Source: Octopus vulgaris (taxonomy: Eukaryota). From it: a stretch of DNA of 64,000 bases. Where the stretch lies: contig OX597814.1 in NCBI GenBank assembly GCA_951406725.2, forward strand, positions 157,046,001 to 157,110,000, given 5' to 3'. Shown piece after piece: positions 12,579 to 26,600 of this stretch. How positions within the stretch are numbered: position 1 is the first letter of the stretch; every line of letters begins with the position of its first letter. The position numbers and the translations under genes are program-made. The notes under the pieces are model-generated. The model did not search any database, was not told the origin of the DNA, and saw nothing but the letters and a program-made list of their open reading frames with translations.

Positions 12579-12582
<4 letters not shown>

Positions 12583-13272
12583 TAGACCATCTCGTTTCGG
12601 GATGTCCTGTGCTGACACCAAACGAATACAAAAATCGCCACGATAGGGTAGGACAGTATATACATTGGAAGATATGTAAACACTACAAATTCGGCACTCC
12701 TGCTAACTGGTATGAACACCATCCTCAGCCAGTTGTTGAAGGTAAAGATGTCACCATCCTCTGGGATTTTCCAGTCAACACTGACAGAACGATCAAGGCT
12801 AATCGACCAGACATAATTGTTAAAGACAGGGAAGAAAATACCTGCAGACTAATAGAGGTAAGCGTCCCCACTGATAAAAATGTATCTGTAAAGGAATTTG
12901 ACAAACTTAGTAAATATAAGGACCTGGAAATCGAAATACAAAAGATGTGGAATCTTAAAACAAAAACTGTTCCTGTTATTGTAGGTGCCCTAGGTATGAT
13001 AAAAAAGGGATGTCAGAAACACCTAGACAATATCTCTGGAGAACCATGTCTCAAGGAAATCCAAAAGATTGTGCTAACAAGTACTGCCCACATCCTTAGA
13101 AAAACCCTATCAATGTAAATGTTTGTGTTTCTATTACATGGAGATATTTATCTACTTCCCCTCCCCAAGCTTTCAGCTATATTTCAACAACTCTTAACCT
13201 TCACTTGCTCTAGGGCGCTGGGTGTGCCCCGGCAAGTGATTGCATCAAACATGCAGATTAAAAGTAAATGAC

Positions 13273-13275
<3 letters not shown>
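12579..13275 (+). mobile_element. 5'-truncated R4/Dong-type non-LTR retrotransposon (restriction-like endonuclease) in (AAT)n
   Basis: TIDHLVSGC...YKNRHDRV..IHWKIC..ILWDFPVNTDRTIKANRPDIIV..IEVSVP..KLSKYKDL: end of the CCHC motif plus PD-(D/E)xK RLE, open frame to 13118; (AAT)n on both sides. Confidence 0.9.
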
Positions 13276-13304
<29 letters not shown>

Positions 13305-13444
13305 TATAATTAATTGTTCGTGTAGAGATAAAACTAAATATTAATTTAATAATAAATGTAATTTCGATGATACAGTATATAAATGTGTAGTGACTTTGAT
13401 TCATGATAACAGTAGGAATGGTTATAATTTAAATGCAATTCACA

Positions 13445-13722
13445 TACTCTTTTTCTCTTTTACTCTTTTACTTGTTTCAGTCATTTGATTGCGGCTATGC
13501 TGGAGCACCGCCTTTAATCGAGCAAATCGACCCCGGGGCTTATTCTTTTTGTAAGCCCAGTACTTATTCTATCGGTCTCTTTTGCCGAACCGCTAAGTAA
13601 CGGGGACATAGACACACCAGCATCGATTGTCAAGCAATGCTAGGGGAACAAACACAGACACACAAACACACACACGCATATAGATACATACATATATATG
13701 ACGGGCTTCTTTCAGTTTCCAT
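13445..13722 (-). mobile_element. SINE 3' half with LINE-like tail
   Basis: Homologous to 14160-14420; minus-strand tail GGCGGTGCTCCAGCATAGCCGCAATCAAATGACTGAAAC + (AAGAGTA)n-like repeats. Confidence 0.85.
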
Positions 13723-13984
13723 CTATTCGAGTTTGGGGTTAACTTCATATAATTTTTGTTTTTATTCTCTTTGGAATTACTTTTTTCATAGTTTGGGTTT
13801 GGCTGCCCTTTTTAGCATAAAAGGTGTCCTGTCAAGGGTCACCTCTCTGTATAAGTACTTATACACTCTTATATGAAGATATGTTGTCTATAGACTTTTA
13901 TTATGTATGCTAGCCACCGGTATGAACATTTTTCTAAATTTTCTATCTTTATAATTTTCCCAGTATATATACATATATATATTA

Positions 13985-14145
13985 CAGGCTTTTTTTTCGG
14001 TTTCTGTCTACCAAATACACTTAGAAGGCTTTGGTTGACCCAAAGCTATAGTAGAAGACTCTTGCCCAGAGTGCCACACAGTGAGACTGAATCTGGGACC
14101 AAGTGGTTGTGAAATAAACTTGTTATCACACAGTCATGCCTGCAT
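13985..14145 (-). mobile_element. SINE 5' half (tRNA-like head), diverged
   Basis: Homologous to 14405-14560. Confidence 0.75.
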
Positions 14146-14159
14146 TCATATATATATAT

Positions 14160-14565
14160 ACTCTTTTACTCTTTTACTTATTTCAGTCATTTGACTGCAG
14201 CCATGCTGGAGCACCACTTTTAGTCAAGTAAATCAACCCTAGGACTTATTCTTTGTAAGCCTAGTACTTATTCTATCGGTTTCTTTTGCTGAACCGCTAA
14301 GTTACGGGGACGTAAACACACCAGCAATGGTTGTCAAGCGATGTTGGAGGGACAAACATAGATACACTCAGACACACACATATATACATATACACATTTA
14401 CGATGGGCTTCTTTCAGTTTCCGTCTACCAAATCCCCTCACAAGGCTTTGGTCGGCCCGAGGCTATAGTAGAAGACACTTGCCCAAGGTGCCACGCAGTG
14501 GGACTGAACCCGGAACTATGTGGTTGGTAAACAAGCTACTTACCACACAGCCACTCCTGCGCCTA
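14160..14565 (-). mobile_element. Full-length tRNA-derived SINE with LINE-like tail
   Basis: Minus strand: GGAGTGGCTGTGTGGTAAG (A-box) ... GGTTCAGTCCC (B-box); tail GGTGCTCCAGCATGGCTGCAGTCAAATGACTGAAA + AAGAGTA repeats. Confidence 0.9.
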
Positions 14566-14788
14566 GGGTAGACTTCTGATAAAATTAAATTAAGGTGACT
14601 AAACACATGAATTCTTTTAAGAATAGAAATTTAATTAATTCTACTGACCTTAGTAAAGATATATGGGAATTATATCTAAAAATATTTGGTACAATTCAAA
14701 TTAGGAGATAGTTTGTAAGGCAAAATCATATCGAATAGGTAGTAATTTTTGTTTATTATGTACTAACGAATTTAAGGAGATATTATTA

Positions 14789-14840
14789 ACGGCGGTGCAT
14801 CAGCATGGTCGCAGCTCTGAGCTGAAACTTAAAAAAAACT
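14789..14840 (+). mobile_element. Isolated ~50-bp LINE/SINE 3'-terminal motif insertion
   Basis: GGCGGTGCATCAGCATGGTCGCAGCTCTGAGCTGAAAC + A run; matches the family A 3' end. Confidence 0.75.
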
Positions 14841-15059
14841 AATAATAAAATTAATTAATTTTCTAGACGAACGAAAAATTAAATGTAGACATAAATTAAA
14901 TTACTTATATAATGAGTTTAGCTAATTTTTGTATATATATAAACCTTGTTTTATGTTACTAATTCTTGTAGTTATAATTTGTAGTAGTAAAATGTGTATA
15001 AATTAGCACGAGATTATATAGTCTATATTACATAATTAGAATAAGTTGAAAACTAGATG

Positions 15060-16310
15060 TTTATAAAAGTTAAGATATGAGTGTGAGTCGGTGTGTTTGT
15101 AGTGGATAGAGGTAGTGAGAGCAGAGTGGTGTATGTTGACTGAAATGTCAAGAAATGCAAAGGTAATGATGGGAATAGTGCAGGAGAATTCGAGGGCAGG
15201 ATGGAAGGATTGGATGGAAGAGAGGAAGGAGTCTAGTTGCTTACGGAAGAGTGAGGTCGCACTGATACAGTTATCAATAAAACGACCATATAGTTCGGGA
15301 GTGGGACCAGTGAATCGTGAGAATACTTGGGTTTCAACGTAGCCAACGAGCAGGTTCACATATTTGGGGACCATCTTCGTTCCCATGGTCACTTCCGAGA
15401 GCTAAAAATCCCCTGGAACGAGAATCTGTTGAGAGAGACAAGTTTGGCCAGACGAAGAAGTGTGGAGGCTTCAAGTTGGGGTTCGGTAGAAGGTCTCGGA
15501 AGTTTTGAGTGCAAGGAGTTTTGAGAGGGTCCAGGAAGGAAGGGGAAAGACTTGAAGGGACGGAGAGCATGGTTAGTGACATGGATGTAGAAGGGGAAGG
15601 AAGTCACTGGGTGGGGGGCAAAGACATGGTCGAGGGATTTTGAGATCAATTCCATGGGGCAGTTACGAGCGGAGAGAATGGGGTGGCCAGGGTTGTTGGG
15701 CTTGTGGATTTTGGCAAGGAACTAAATGGTGGGGGTGTGTTTAATGCGGACAATGAGGTTGGAGGCGATGGGAGGAAGACGGGGGGTGGAGACGAGGTCG
15801 GTCATGAATAGTGGAGGACACAGTCTATTGGTAGTTAGACGTGGGGTAGGAGGGCAGAGGGCAATAGAAGGAGGTGTCCTGAAGTTGGCGGAGAGCTTGA
15901 GCTTTGTAGAGGTCTGCGCGCCTGCGCGCCACACCACTGCGGCTCCACACTTGTCAGTCGGTTTTATGATGATGGGATGGTTGGCGGCCCAGGTTGGTGA
16001 AGCAGTCCTTTTCATTAGATGCAGGTGGAGTGTTGTGGAATAGTGATTATCACCTGGCACTCCGCACAAAGCTATGAATATCAGCACGGGTCTGAAGTTC
16101 GTTACTGGCTGGAGTGAGTGGGATGAACCGCAGACCTTCACTGAGAAGAGAGCACTCCGCCTTTGGGAGGGGAAGATCAGGAGGAATGGTAACAACGTAC
16201 TGAAATAGGGAGGGCGTGGATGAGTTAGACGTTGAGGAGCGGTTGGGTAGTGAAATGCTGGTAGGCAGTGGAAGGCTGGGAGGAGAGAGAGGAGGAGTAA
16301 GTGCGAAACC
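15060..16310 (-). mobile_element. Penelope-like element RT fragment (second, GC-richer family)
   Basis: IIIKPTDKCGAAVVW, PKIHKPNNPGHPILS, MGTKMVPKYVNL, LYGRFIDNC, FLDISV, HYKHTDSHSYL. Confidence 0.9.
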
Positions 16311-16786
16311 AATTTCATTAATTAGAAAAATGCTTAATTAGAAACAAGGCTTTTCTTACCAAAAGCGCATACGTGAGAAAAAAACTTAAAACATTTCTAT
16401 TGAAGAACTATTCCAGAAAATCACTTCAATAGCTTTACAAAATTTTAATAATCTTTAAAAATTTGTAAGGGAAAAGGAAAAGTGGTTGTCTTCGATTACT
16501 GCAGTTAGGTTTTATTCTATAATAATATTTTGGGGTAGATTTTATTCTATAAGTAATTCAAGCATGTTAGACGGATATATCCTCCGTTGAAAAATGGTTA
16601 TCATATGAACTTTCCCTTTTCGCTTTGTCAAAGAACACAAGGCTAGAACACGTGTTGAAGTCACGACGTTCTTTGAGATTAAAGTCACGAGTGCTTAGGC
16701 TATGGAGGTGATTTTGACAGTGCGGAAATAAAGACATTGTTAAAAATCGACATAAGGACCCGGAAGATATGCCGCTAAGCTTTTTG

Positions 16787-17165
16787 TACGTACGTATGTA
16801 CGTACGTACGTACGTACGTATGTATGTATGTATGTATGTATGTATGTATGTATGTATGTATGTATGTACGAATGTACGTATGTATGTAAGTATGTATGTA
16901 TGTACGTACGTACGTATGTATGTATGTTATTATTCAGTTTATGTCAAGATTATTTGCCAATAGAGAAAGAACCAGTTTCTAATCTAGATCAAAGGCTCTT
17001 TCATTGGAATTTCAACATCAGCTGCAGTGTATGTATGTATGTATGTATGTATGTATGTATGTATGTATGTATGTATGTATGTATGTATGTATGTATGTAT
17101 GTATGTATGCATGCATGCATGCATGTATGTATGTATGCATGTATGTATGTATGTATGTATGTCTG
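16787..17165. repeat. (TATG)n/(TACG)n tetranucleotide repeats (two blocks)
   Basis: Directly visible. Confidence 0.95.
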
Positions 17166-17353
17166 TCTGATATATGGCCACTCGACACACTAGCAATCAT
17201 ACTGAAATACTCAGAGCTTTCTGTAAGAAAACCTTCGATTGCTGCTGCTGATTAAATTCACTTAGGTAAGACTGAATGCTGCTGTGTCATTGAAATAATC
17301 TGGAAACAATTTTAATAACCGGTATTTATACTATTCTTGTGTATGCATCGTAC

Positions 17354-17423
<70 letters not shown>

Positions 17424-17475
17424 GTACATATACATATATACATACGTATATATACATACGTACATACACATAATA

Positions 17476-17810
17476 TGGTGCATCTAAAGACTCCGCCGGT
17501 TACGACGACGAGGGTCCCAGCTGATACGATCAACGGAACAGCTTGCTCGTGAAATTAACGTGCAAATGGCTGAGCATTCCACAGACACGTGTACCCTTAA
17601 CGTAGTTCTCGGGGATAATCAGCGTGACACAGAGAGTGACAAGGCTGACCCTTTGAAATACAAGTACAACTCATTTTTGCCAGCTGAATGGACTGGAGCA
17701 ACGTGAAATAAAGTGTCTTGCTCAAGGACACAACGCGTCGCCGGGAATCGAACTCACAACCTTACGATCATGAGCCGAATGCCCTAACCACTAAGCCACG
17801 CGCCCTCACA
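17476..17810 (-). mobile_element. tRNA-derived SINE related to 3233-3617
   Basis: Minus-strand head GGCGCGTGGCTTAGTGGTTAGG...GAGTTCGATTCC; the 3' body (GAGAACTACGTTAAGGGTACACGTGTCTGTGG...CCCTCGTCGTCGTAACCG) is shared with the 3233 SINE. Confidence 0.9.
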
Positions 17811-18646
17811 TATGGTGCATACACACATATGCAAGCCGTGAATGATTTGACTGCTATTTCTAGCTGGTCAGATCACTGCGTAGAATTTCCATATTTGCTT
17901 CCTCTTTAGATATGTGGTAGTGACGTCGGTAGAGGTACAAACTGGAAGTTAATCCTGCTGTATAACTTATACAAGTTCATAGTATTAATAATTAGTTCCT
18001 CGAGTGTAAAAGAAGTAGGATGTAAACCATTTCGTTTCCTTATGTACTGTTAGACAATAAAGAAATGTAAGGAAGCGATAAAGAGATGAAGCGAATAAGA
18101 GATTAAACGATCAAGTCAGAGTTATGTCCCTTGATCATTTACACACCGCAGTACTAGTTGTGAAATAGCATGACACAGCATTCAACTTGTAAATCAGTAT
18201 CTTAATCATTTCGGAGGAAGAAAGTCAAAGGGAGATAACTCTCTATTTTACCTGGTTAATAGATATTTACATGTAAACTTTCATGCAAGCCAACGAGAAA
18301 GCGTTTAATAGTTACAAGTTCTGATTGAAGTAGCAGTCAAATTCCATTCTAATACTACGCTACCATTCTTAAAAATACTATGTTTATAGCTGTAACAATT
18401 TTGAGTATAGTTGTGCATGGTGTGTATTTAAACAACAACAATCTAACTTTATGTATGATTGGAGTAACTATTCTAGTCCTGGACTCAATGGAATGTCTGT
18501 AGTGTGGTATGAAGAAATAACAGTCAGATGCTTTATCCACTTGACCATTCCAATTCTACATGACATAAAAACGGATATTTATTTAATTGTGACTAAGATT
18601 CAATCCTGTATACACACATACACGCACACACATACACGCACACACA

Positions 18647-18690
<44 letters not shown>

Positions 18691-18869
18691 TATATATATA
18701 TACATACATACATGTATATGTGTTTACATATATATATATATATTATATATTTAATGTTAAAGCAAATGTGTAAAAAGAATAAAATAAATCGTGAAATCAT
18801 CGGGCAAAATATATTTTGGTATGCATTGGTTTCAAACCCAGCGATGTTTTATTTGTCTTTCTTCTTTTC

Positions 18870-19980
18870 TGGCTGGTAAAAATAAGTCCCGGTGAAGTAC
18901 AGAGGCGAATATGATCAATTACACACTATTCCCTAAACTTGAAGATGTCTGTCTCTGTTAGGAATATTAGTGTGTGGTACTTGGGGCAGCGAATATGTAC
19001 AAATGAGAAAGTGTCTTGCAAAATGCCTTGTTTATTTAGTTGTAGATCTTTATGTTCTACGTTCAATTTTTCTATTCCATTGATAGAATGGGAAGACAAA
19101 AAATTTGGGAGTGTTGCCTTTCGTGCATGTGTCCAGATGTTCACTAAGTAGAATAGGCTCGGAAGGTGGTTGCAGCAAACAGACAAGCAGTCGTCGATGC
19201 GGCAAGTTTCTGCATATGAAAGCATCACCGGCAAGCTACGCTTTCATAAAGTCCGTGCGGGATGGGTGCAAAGTGAGCTTAGCGAAGCGCATAAGCAGAA
19301 TCATGTAGAAAGCAATCAAAGCTTACTCTACTGCCACAGCAATGAAGGCCGAACGTTTTTGTAGAGAATAATCAAAGGGAATGATGCTTGTGTTCATCAC
19401 TTTGAGCCAGACTCTAAAAGACAGAGTATGGATTGGAAACAAGCGAAATTACCCACGAGATATTAATTCAAGTCTCAACTTTCGTCAGAACAGAAAAGAT
19501 GAGATGCTAAGCGATTATATTATAGGAACGCAAAAATCCTTATAAGGGAACTGGAACTTTACTTGGAAATGTCGTGTACAGTCATCAGTGTAGGATAGAG
19601 TGAAATGCTGGCCAACAAACTGAAACGAGCAATTCACTCCAAACGACTAGGTCTGCTGCACAATGCACTCCAGCTTACAGCCTCCCACACCACTAAGATC
19701 AATGAAAAGTTGTGCTTCAAGATGCGGAAAACCCCTCCATACAGTTCAGATTTTACTCCTTCTTATCACCTATTTGGACAGCTGAAACATACTTTACGTG
19801 GTCATCAATTTGCTCCGAATGAAGTGTAAGAAGTGCTGCATAAATGGCTGTACGACCACCCGACAATCTTCATCTCTGAAGCAATAAGCAGGCTTGTGGA
19901 TCGCTGGAAGAATTACATTGAAAAGCAATGAAATCATTTCGGAAGATGATTTAATTGTCATTTTAAAGTCATTTTAAAGT
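18870..19980 (+). mobile_element. Decayed mariner (DD34D-type) transposon
   Basis: FL*RIIKGNDACVHHFEPDSKRQSMDWK and PPYSSDFTPSYHLFGQLKHTLRGHQF resemble the mariner TGDE.W and YSPDLAP.D motifs; many stops. Confidence 0.85.
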
Positions 19981-20289
19981 CGTGTTTTGTGGTAATATCG
20001 CCCATTGAAATAAGGAGTTGTTGACTGAGATGTATCTAGGTATAGGTAGCTAATCAAGTATTCGTGCTTAGTTTGAAGGTGATGGAAACTTTTTCTTTTC
20101 TGATTTGTTTAGGGATAATGTTAAATAGGTCAGGGCCTGTTGAGGAAAAGGAAATGTGTTGCAGAGAATTTATGTATTGTGAGCCTGAATTGTGCGGAGG
20201 AAGAACTGCTTTAAGAATGAAAAACACAATACAATGTTGAGTAATAATATATTGTGTATATTGAAAATTTCAGTGCGCGCGCAAACACT

Positions 20290-20450
<161 letters not shown>

Positions 20451-20731
20451 TCAAGATTATGAATGTACCGGCGTTCAAGATAATGTACCACAAAAGCTGG
20501 TCACACTAATTAGTATGACATTTTCTATGACGAATCAACTTGTATCAGGGATTTCTATGAACTCTGGAATATCAACTGGTGAAAGCTAGAACTTTAGATG
20601 ACATAAAAAATATATATCAAAGCGCAGGTAATGTATTCTTCGTTTGGTTGAACTTGTATGAATACTGGAGTATACACTGTTATTGAAATATATGTAGCAT
20701 GTATATATGTATGTTTGCATGTATATCTAAA

Positions 20732-20807
<76 letters not shown>

Positions 20808-20976
20808 AGAGTTTGAATGTGTGTGTATGTGCGCGTATGTTCTTCGTGTATTCGAAAACTGAATTACCGATGTTGACGTATGGGGTATCTAAAGATTCAG
20901 TTTTTTTCCGGCTATCAAATAATCTTTATTTTCGTTTACATATTTGAATCACAAAAATTGAAAATTATAAGCTTTA

Positions 20977-21042
20977 GCGGTGGTGCCCCAGCATGGCCGC
21001 AGCCTTCGGGCTAAAACATTTAAAAGGATTTTAAGAATTTAA
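20977..21042 (+). mobile_element. Isolated LINE/SINE 3'-terminal motif insertion
   Basis: GGTGGTGCCCCAGCATGGCCGCAGCCTTCGGGCTAAAAC followed by short TTTAAG-like repeats. Confidence 0.75.
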
Positions 21043-21349
21043 GTGAAATATCGTAAACGACATTTTATTCCATGACAACGACGACGTCACATTTTATATA
21101 TGAGTGTATGTGTCTGTCAGTGTGTGTGTGTTTGCGCGTTCATCACCTAGGTTAGGCCGATGACTGGCAAGTATGTGTGTGGTGGTGTATGTGTCTGTCA
21201 GTAGAGGATCGGTCAGATTGTAATTTTTTACAATTAACATTCGCTCAAATTCATCCTACTCCCTAATTTGTGTATTGAAAGCTGAATGCATGTCAAAGAA
21301 ATTGTTATATACATACATACGCACATTCATTCATACATATATTGGCGAC

Positions 21350-21975
21350 TGTTCAATGGGCTCGAGCGGAAGAGGCACGGCGTGAGAATAAATCCACGAT
21401 AAATCATCGCCAGATCGCGGTGGGCATTTGATAATTGATGCGAAACAGATGTGTGCGGCTTTTCAGTGGCATTTTGCTCAACTGTTCGGAAGCATCGGTG
21501 AGCCGAGTCGCAGGATGGATTTCTCATCCTACTTCGACGAGCTTCCGCGGCTCTCAGCAGAGGCGGGGAGAGCTGCGAAAGGCCGATAATAACCTTTGAA
21601 ATACGTGAAGCAATGGCTAGCTGCAAGAGGGGTAAATCGCCTAGTTTTGCTGGTCTGCCCTACAAGCTTTATGCTTACATGTCAGACTTGCTAGGTGACC
21701 TCTAGGCAAACGTTTACTGTAGATGGCAACAGAATGAGAGCATTCGCAGTTTTGTGAGCCGAGGAGCTATGGAGGTGCTGAGTAAAGATCCGAACAAGAG
21801 GGATTTTAGACACATTACTCTACTAAATACAGAGTTCAAAATTTTGGCCAAGGTATTACCTACGAGTTTGGCGCTTGTCGTCGGTTATCTGGTTAAAGAG
21901 GCGTAGATATACGCCATCCCGAAAAGATCCATCCACGACAACCTCCACTTATTGCGATACATCATAGAGAAAATG
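21350..21975 (+). mobile_element. Decayed L1/Tx1-clade RT fragment
   Basis: EIREAMASCKRGKSPSFAGLPYKLY, RHITLLNTEFKILAKVL, RSIHDNLHLLRYIIE. Confidence 0.8.
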
Positions 21976-24258
21976 GTGAAAAAAACAAAAAACAAAAAAA
22001 GCATTTCAAGGATTTCTGCCCGCGCAGATAAAAGTGATAATGAACCCCCTGCTGCAGACACCTCTACCATAACAACAACAACAGCAACAAAAACAACAGG
22101 AGTAGCACCACCAACAATAACGCCTACATCACCAGTACCAAAAGATGAGTGTCGTACGTCAAAGCAACAGCACCATTAACAGAAAGAGTAACAGGAGAAA
22201 TCTTTTCACCAACATAAGCAGCAAGCACGTACACCATACCCGAGAAAAAACAAAACAACACTTACACATCGTAACACTGAGAAATCTCACCCACTCCATC
22301 TGACCAGACCATTGGCCTAGAAATGCGCGACTGTGCAGACGTACCACTGCTCACTACCGCAGATGTAGCCAATGCTGAAACAAGACATTGCTATAGCATT
22401 TTCGATGAGCCCTTGAAAGCCCTTTCAGGGCTGAGGAGTCATTTAAGATCTTATGCTGGGAAAGACGTATTGCAAGTGCAGGAGGAATGCAAGCTCTGCA
22501 AGAAACAGACAGCCACTATATGTATATCAGAGATGTCATGTGGGTAATTTGGTTGAAACTTGGAAAAATGATTTAAAATTTCAAAAGTAATTCTTCAGTA
22601 GAAAGCTGTAATTTTAGTGTTTATGTATACTATAAGGATAGTTTGTTGTGATGGGTTAGAAGTAGATGAAATATTGTCATTTTGAACATTAGAAAAATAT
22701 TTTGCCTTGAAGTCGTAAATCTTCTAAGAAGCGAATATATTTCTCTATATATTTGTAGTTTTAGTACCCACCATAAAATTTAATGCATGGTGTAAAATAT
22801 TAATATTAAAAGAATATCTCGTAATATCTATTACAGAGAAAACTTTGGACAAGGAAAAAAACTATGAGTAAGAATGAAATGTTGGATTAATGTTGTCGTA
22901 GAGTGTCAGGGTGGTTAACGGTTTATATGCAAAAGGTATATCAGTTGCCAAAATATTTGAAGGAATTCGGAATATTTTATGGAAGCTGAGTCTAAATATA
23001 ACTGCATTTTACTAACGTTTCGAGCTTTTGAATTATTAGATACGCTCAAAATGATTTTAATCCCATTTAACGATCAGTTGCTTAGAAGTATTGAAGGAAT
23101 AATTTTATCGTAGCATCCAGTCTAGTTGACTTATGCATGAAGTTAAAATAATAACTTATTGATCAAGAGTGGAGGAACTTCTTCCTTACTTCCGCCAGGA
23201 CACAGAACTTAAGCTTGAAAAATTCTTTGCAGCAAAATCGTAACTGTTATTCATCAACTTTACTTACTCGCCCAGTAACACTCAAAGAAGAATATAAAAA
23301 AATGTCAAAATAGTCTTATATGAGGTCTCGTATCATGATCAGAAATATTTTACGTGTCGACCAGTAGATATTGAAATTTTTGCATTGAAAAATATTAAAG
23401 TGTATATTTCATCTACTTATAGAATAATAGAACAAAGTAAGATCATTAGGAAATAGTGAAATAGACTTTAAGGGAAAACACAACTGTAGGTGCTGTACAC
23501 ATAATACAAGAGACGTTGGCTGGCAGATAAAAAATATGTCTATCACCACTCCATATGAAAATGAAACTTACGAAGGCTTTGGAAGAGAACGGTGATTGCT
23601 CCAAATATATTGATAGACAATTACTTGCACTTTGTACTGACAAACTGAAGAAGAAATCTTTGATATCTGATGGTCTTGAGATTTGTAAACTGATCAAAGA
23701 TTTGAATTTTATAAAATTTATGAATCATGCTGTAGATGTGGCTAGGTTCACTTTTATTCTTAGTAATCAAGAAGAGTGTGAGTAACCATAAAGTAACGTT
23801 TTAGTGTTTTATCATGTAATAATGATTTCATCAATATACCTACTTTATTTTTTCATGCTTTCTGTAGGATTTTGTATTTCAGGAATTTCTTTGAAAAGCA
23901 ATTTGAAGACTTTGTAGTTTTTATTCAATAAGGAACAAATATTAGTTGCGTCTTTGAGCCAAGTGTAATAGTACAATCTCGGTAGTTCACATGTGTTCTT
24001 TAAGCAAAGTTGCCATCAGTTAACATCTTCAAGTTTGTAGGTGCTGTTCTTCAACCAGTCTGTAATGGATAGCCACCGGTTTTATTTCTTCAAATCTTTC
24101 TACATCTCTTATCGTCATTACCATTCTCCTTGTCGTGATCCCTATTACCATCACTTTATTTAGCGGAGAGAAACTATTATAATGTATTTTACAAAAGTAA
24201 CATCTTTAAACTGCACCTGTTTTACCGTATGTGCCTGAGATAATATTTTGCGGTAATT

Positions 24259-24476
24259 CTTTTCTACTCTAAGCACAAGGCCCAGAATGTTTTGGGAGGG
24301 AGCCAGTCGATTAGATCGACTCCAGTACGAAACTGGTACTTAATTTATCGAACCCGAAAGGATGAAAGACAAAGACGACGTCGGTGGAATTTGAACTCAG
24401 AACGTAACGGCATACGAAATACCGCTAATCATTTTCCCTGGCATGGTAACGTTTCTGCCAGCTCGCCGCCTTAAAG
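24259..24476 (-). mobile_element. Short tRNA-derived SINE with TSD
   Basis: Minus-strand head GGCGGCGAGCTGGCAGAA...GAGTTCAAATTCC; near-identical flanks TTTTGCGGTAATT and TTTTGCAGTAATT. Confidence 0.85.
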
Positions 24477-25149
24477 TTTTGCAGTAATTATGTAATTGTT
24501 AGTTTGAAGTTGTCCTATCGTCTGGGCTTTTGTTGGTCAAACTATAGGTTATTTACAAAAAATGCGTTGGGGAATATTCCGATAATAGATGTGTGCCCCT
24601 CTTCTTTGATTCAATAAGAAGAAACTATATATTCACCAAAATCTTAATATACGTGTATCAATAATTTCAAATTCTTGAAATCTAGAACATAAGGAATATA
24701 ATATAAATATAATAATCCTAAAGCCCAGAAATTTTGAGGTCTTTCCTTTCTGGTTGCTGCAAAAGTTGGAAAGCTTAATTGAGCAAATTTCAACTGTCAA
24801 AATGCTCGTCGGTAGATATTAACGAGTGCATCCAATAATTTCCAGTTTGCTTTTTTTTTTTTGTTCTAGTTTTTGTTGTTGTTTTTCCTCAGTCTCCCTG
24901 TTCGTGCAGTCTTATTGCATAAATATTCTCGAACGACGAAGCATAGATCACAGAGCAATCTTTTCAGTACTTCATCTTCTTCCAGCTGAGATCTATACTG
25001 CTCATCCCGACATGTGGTGCTGAATCGTATGGATAGTAAGGTGACACTCAGGCTATGTTGCAATGTCTCTATTGCCCGGTCTATTTCTGTAAGCCTATAG
25101 ATTTTAGTAGTGGTTACAGCGTGGGCAAGCTAAGAAGACTCCGTTATAG

Positions 25150-26600
25150 CATTTTACTTGTTATGCATCTGTGGTTAATGTTGTCGGCTGCATTTCAGCG
25201 CATTGTCGGGAATTAACAAGGCTATTAAAGTTATGAATATTTTCTGAGGGTATATGTCTTTATGTTTAGCACGACTGATTGTGAGAGACAGTGTTTTAAA
25301 ACGTTGTTGCGTGACGTTCTCTGAGGTGTTGGATATATTGTTGTTTGTAAGTAATTTGTCGTGCATTAAAAGGATCACAGGCAGCTGAAGTTTTCTACGG
25401 CAACAAAGTATGTCTCACACACGTCCAAATAATGTTTCATTTTTAATGTTTTATTTCCTTGTGTATTGAATCTCGGAATACAGTCTGTGTACAGCTTGTT
25501 ATAGTGCAGGTAGCGCTGTTCTGTATCTTTGCAAAATACGTGAGTTTTTGTGGAAGTGTTGGAGCTCAGAGAGGACTACCGTAATCCATGATGGGTCAAA
25601 TGAAATATTTTTACATAGTTGCTGTTGTTTCTTCTGTTATTCAACCGTATTAATTGGTAAATGCATTTCTAATCCATTTTGTCTTTTTACTATGTATTCT
25701 GGGTATGTTATGAATGTTCTAAAGAAGTTGAATGTAATCCGTAATAGTACCCTCCCTGTTTCTATGTAATGTTTAGATTGCTAAGTGCAATTGCTGACCG
25801 TATTTGAGGATGATTTTTAGTATTCCTGGTAAAAATTAATTAGTGCATTTGGTAGGTGCTACTTTATATTTTATTTTATGAATTTATTTTTCCAAGTAAT
25901 TTAAGCAAGGTTAGAACAGTTGTGCAGCATTTTCTGAAGAATGATGAATAGTATTAATGTGAATCAATCTGCATATGAAGTTTCATCTGTAAATCTTTGT
26001 GAAATATCCCTGAATTGTGCATGTATAAGTTTAAAAGATTGCGTGAGAAAACGGATCCCTGTAATAATGCATCTGAAAAATGTCAAGACCTGGAAATGTG
26101 ATGTTTGTGAATTTAGCCTGATAGTTAACTAGGCAGCATTTTACCTTTTTACAGATTATCTAAAATTTTAGTAGAGAAGTTGGAAGGACATAAAATAGAA
26201 AACATTGGTTAGGTCGATGGCAGATAGATTCATTTGTGTGAAAAGAATTTAATTGGTGGGATGGTGGGGATCAGTAAAGGTGAACATTCATTCTTTTGTT
26301 TGGTGTGATTGGCTGAGTGTTGAGGTTTGAATTTAGATGTGATTTTGAGAGAAGTGAGGCCTAGGTGAGTAAAGTTCAAGATTTTCAGATTTATAGTCTT
26401 GGAGAGAATAGAAAAGTGATAGATACTTCTGATTCTAGGATTTTCTGCGCTTTACGAGTATTATAACTTTATCCAGTTTCGAGATTCCAGAAATTGGATA
26501 CCTTTCGAAATTGTGGTTGCTGTTGTTGGTGAGTGCAATGATTTCTTCAGACTTTAAATGATTTACGATTATCATTGTAATATAGTCTAACCCTATAGGA
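25150..26600 (-). mobile_element. Old, highly decayed LINE RT
   Basis: Minus strand gives LQGSVFSRNLLNLYM, SYAD and PIMDYGSPL*AP..KIQNSA..ITSC; clade not assignable by eye. Confidence 0.6.

Larger units (their letters stand above)
11445..15060 (+). mobile_element. AT-rich Penelope-like element (RT + GIY-YIG), decayed and multiply interrupted
   Basis: MGAPDSAQATDLIGIYLL..GGLYRDD..YLDANFNL..YINANSNH (PLE RT). GIY-YIG pieces at ~13305-13440 (NCSCR..VYKCVV) and ~14565-14790 (HMNSFKN..STDLSKDIW). Hosts the Dong-like element and three SINE pieces. Confidence 0.85.

Noticed and set aside
22030-22500. Possible RTE-type C-terminus (KALSGLRSHLRS)
   Set aside because: Single short motif with no supporting frame.
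22700-23800. Possible decayed hAT transposase
   Set aside because: No diagnostic motif or terminal repeat could be confirmed by eye.
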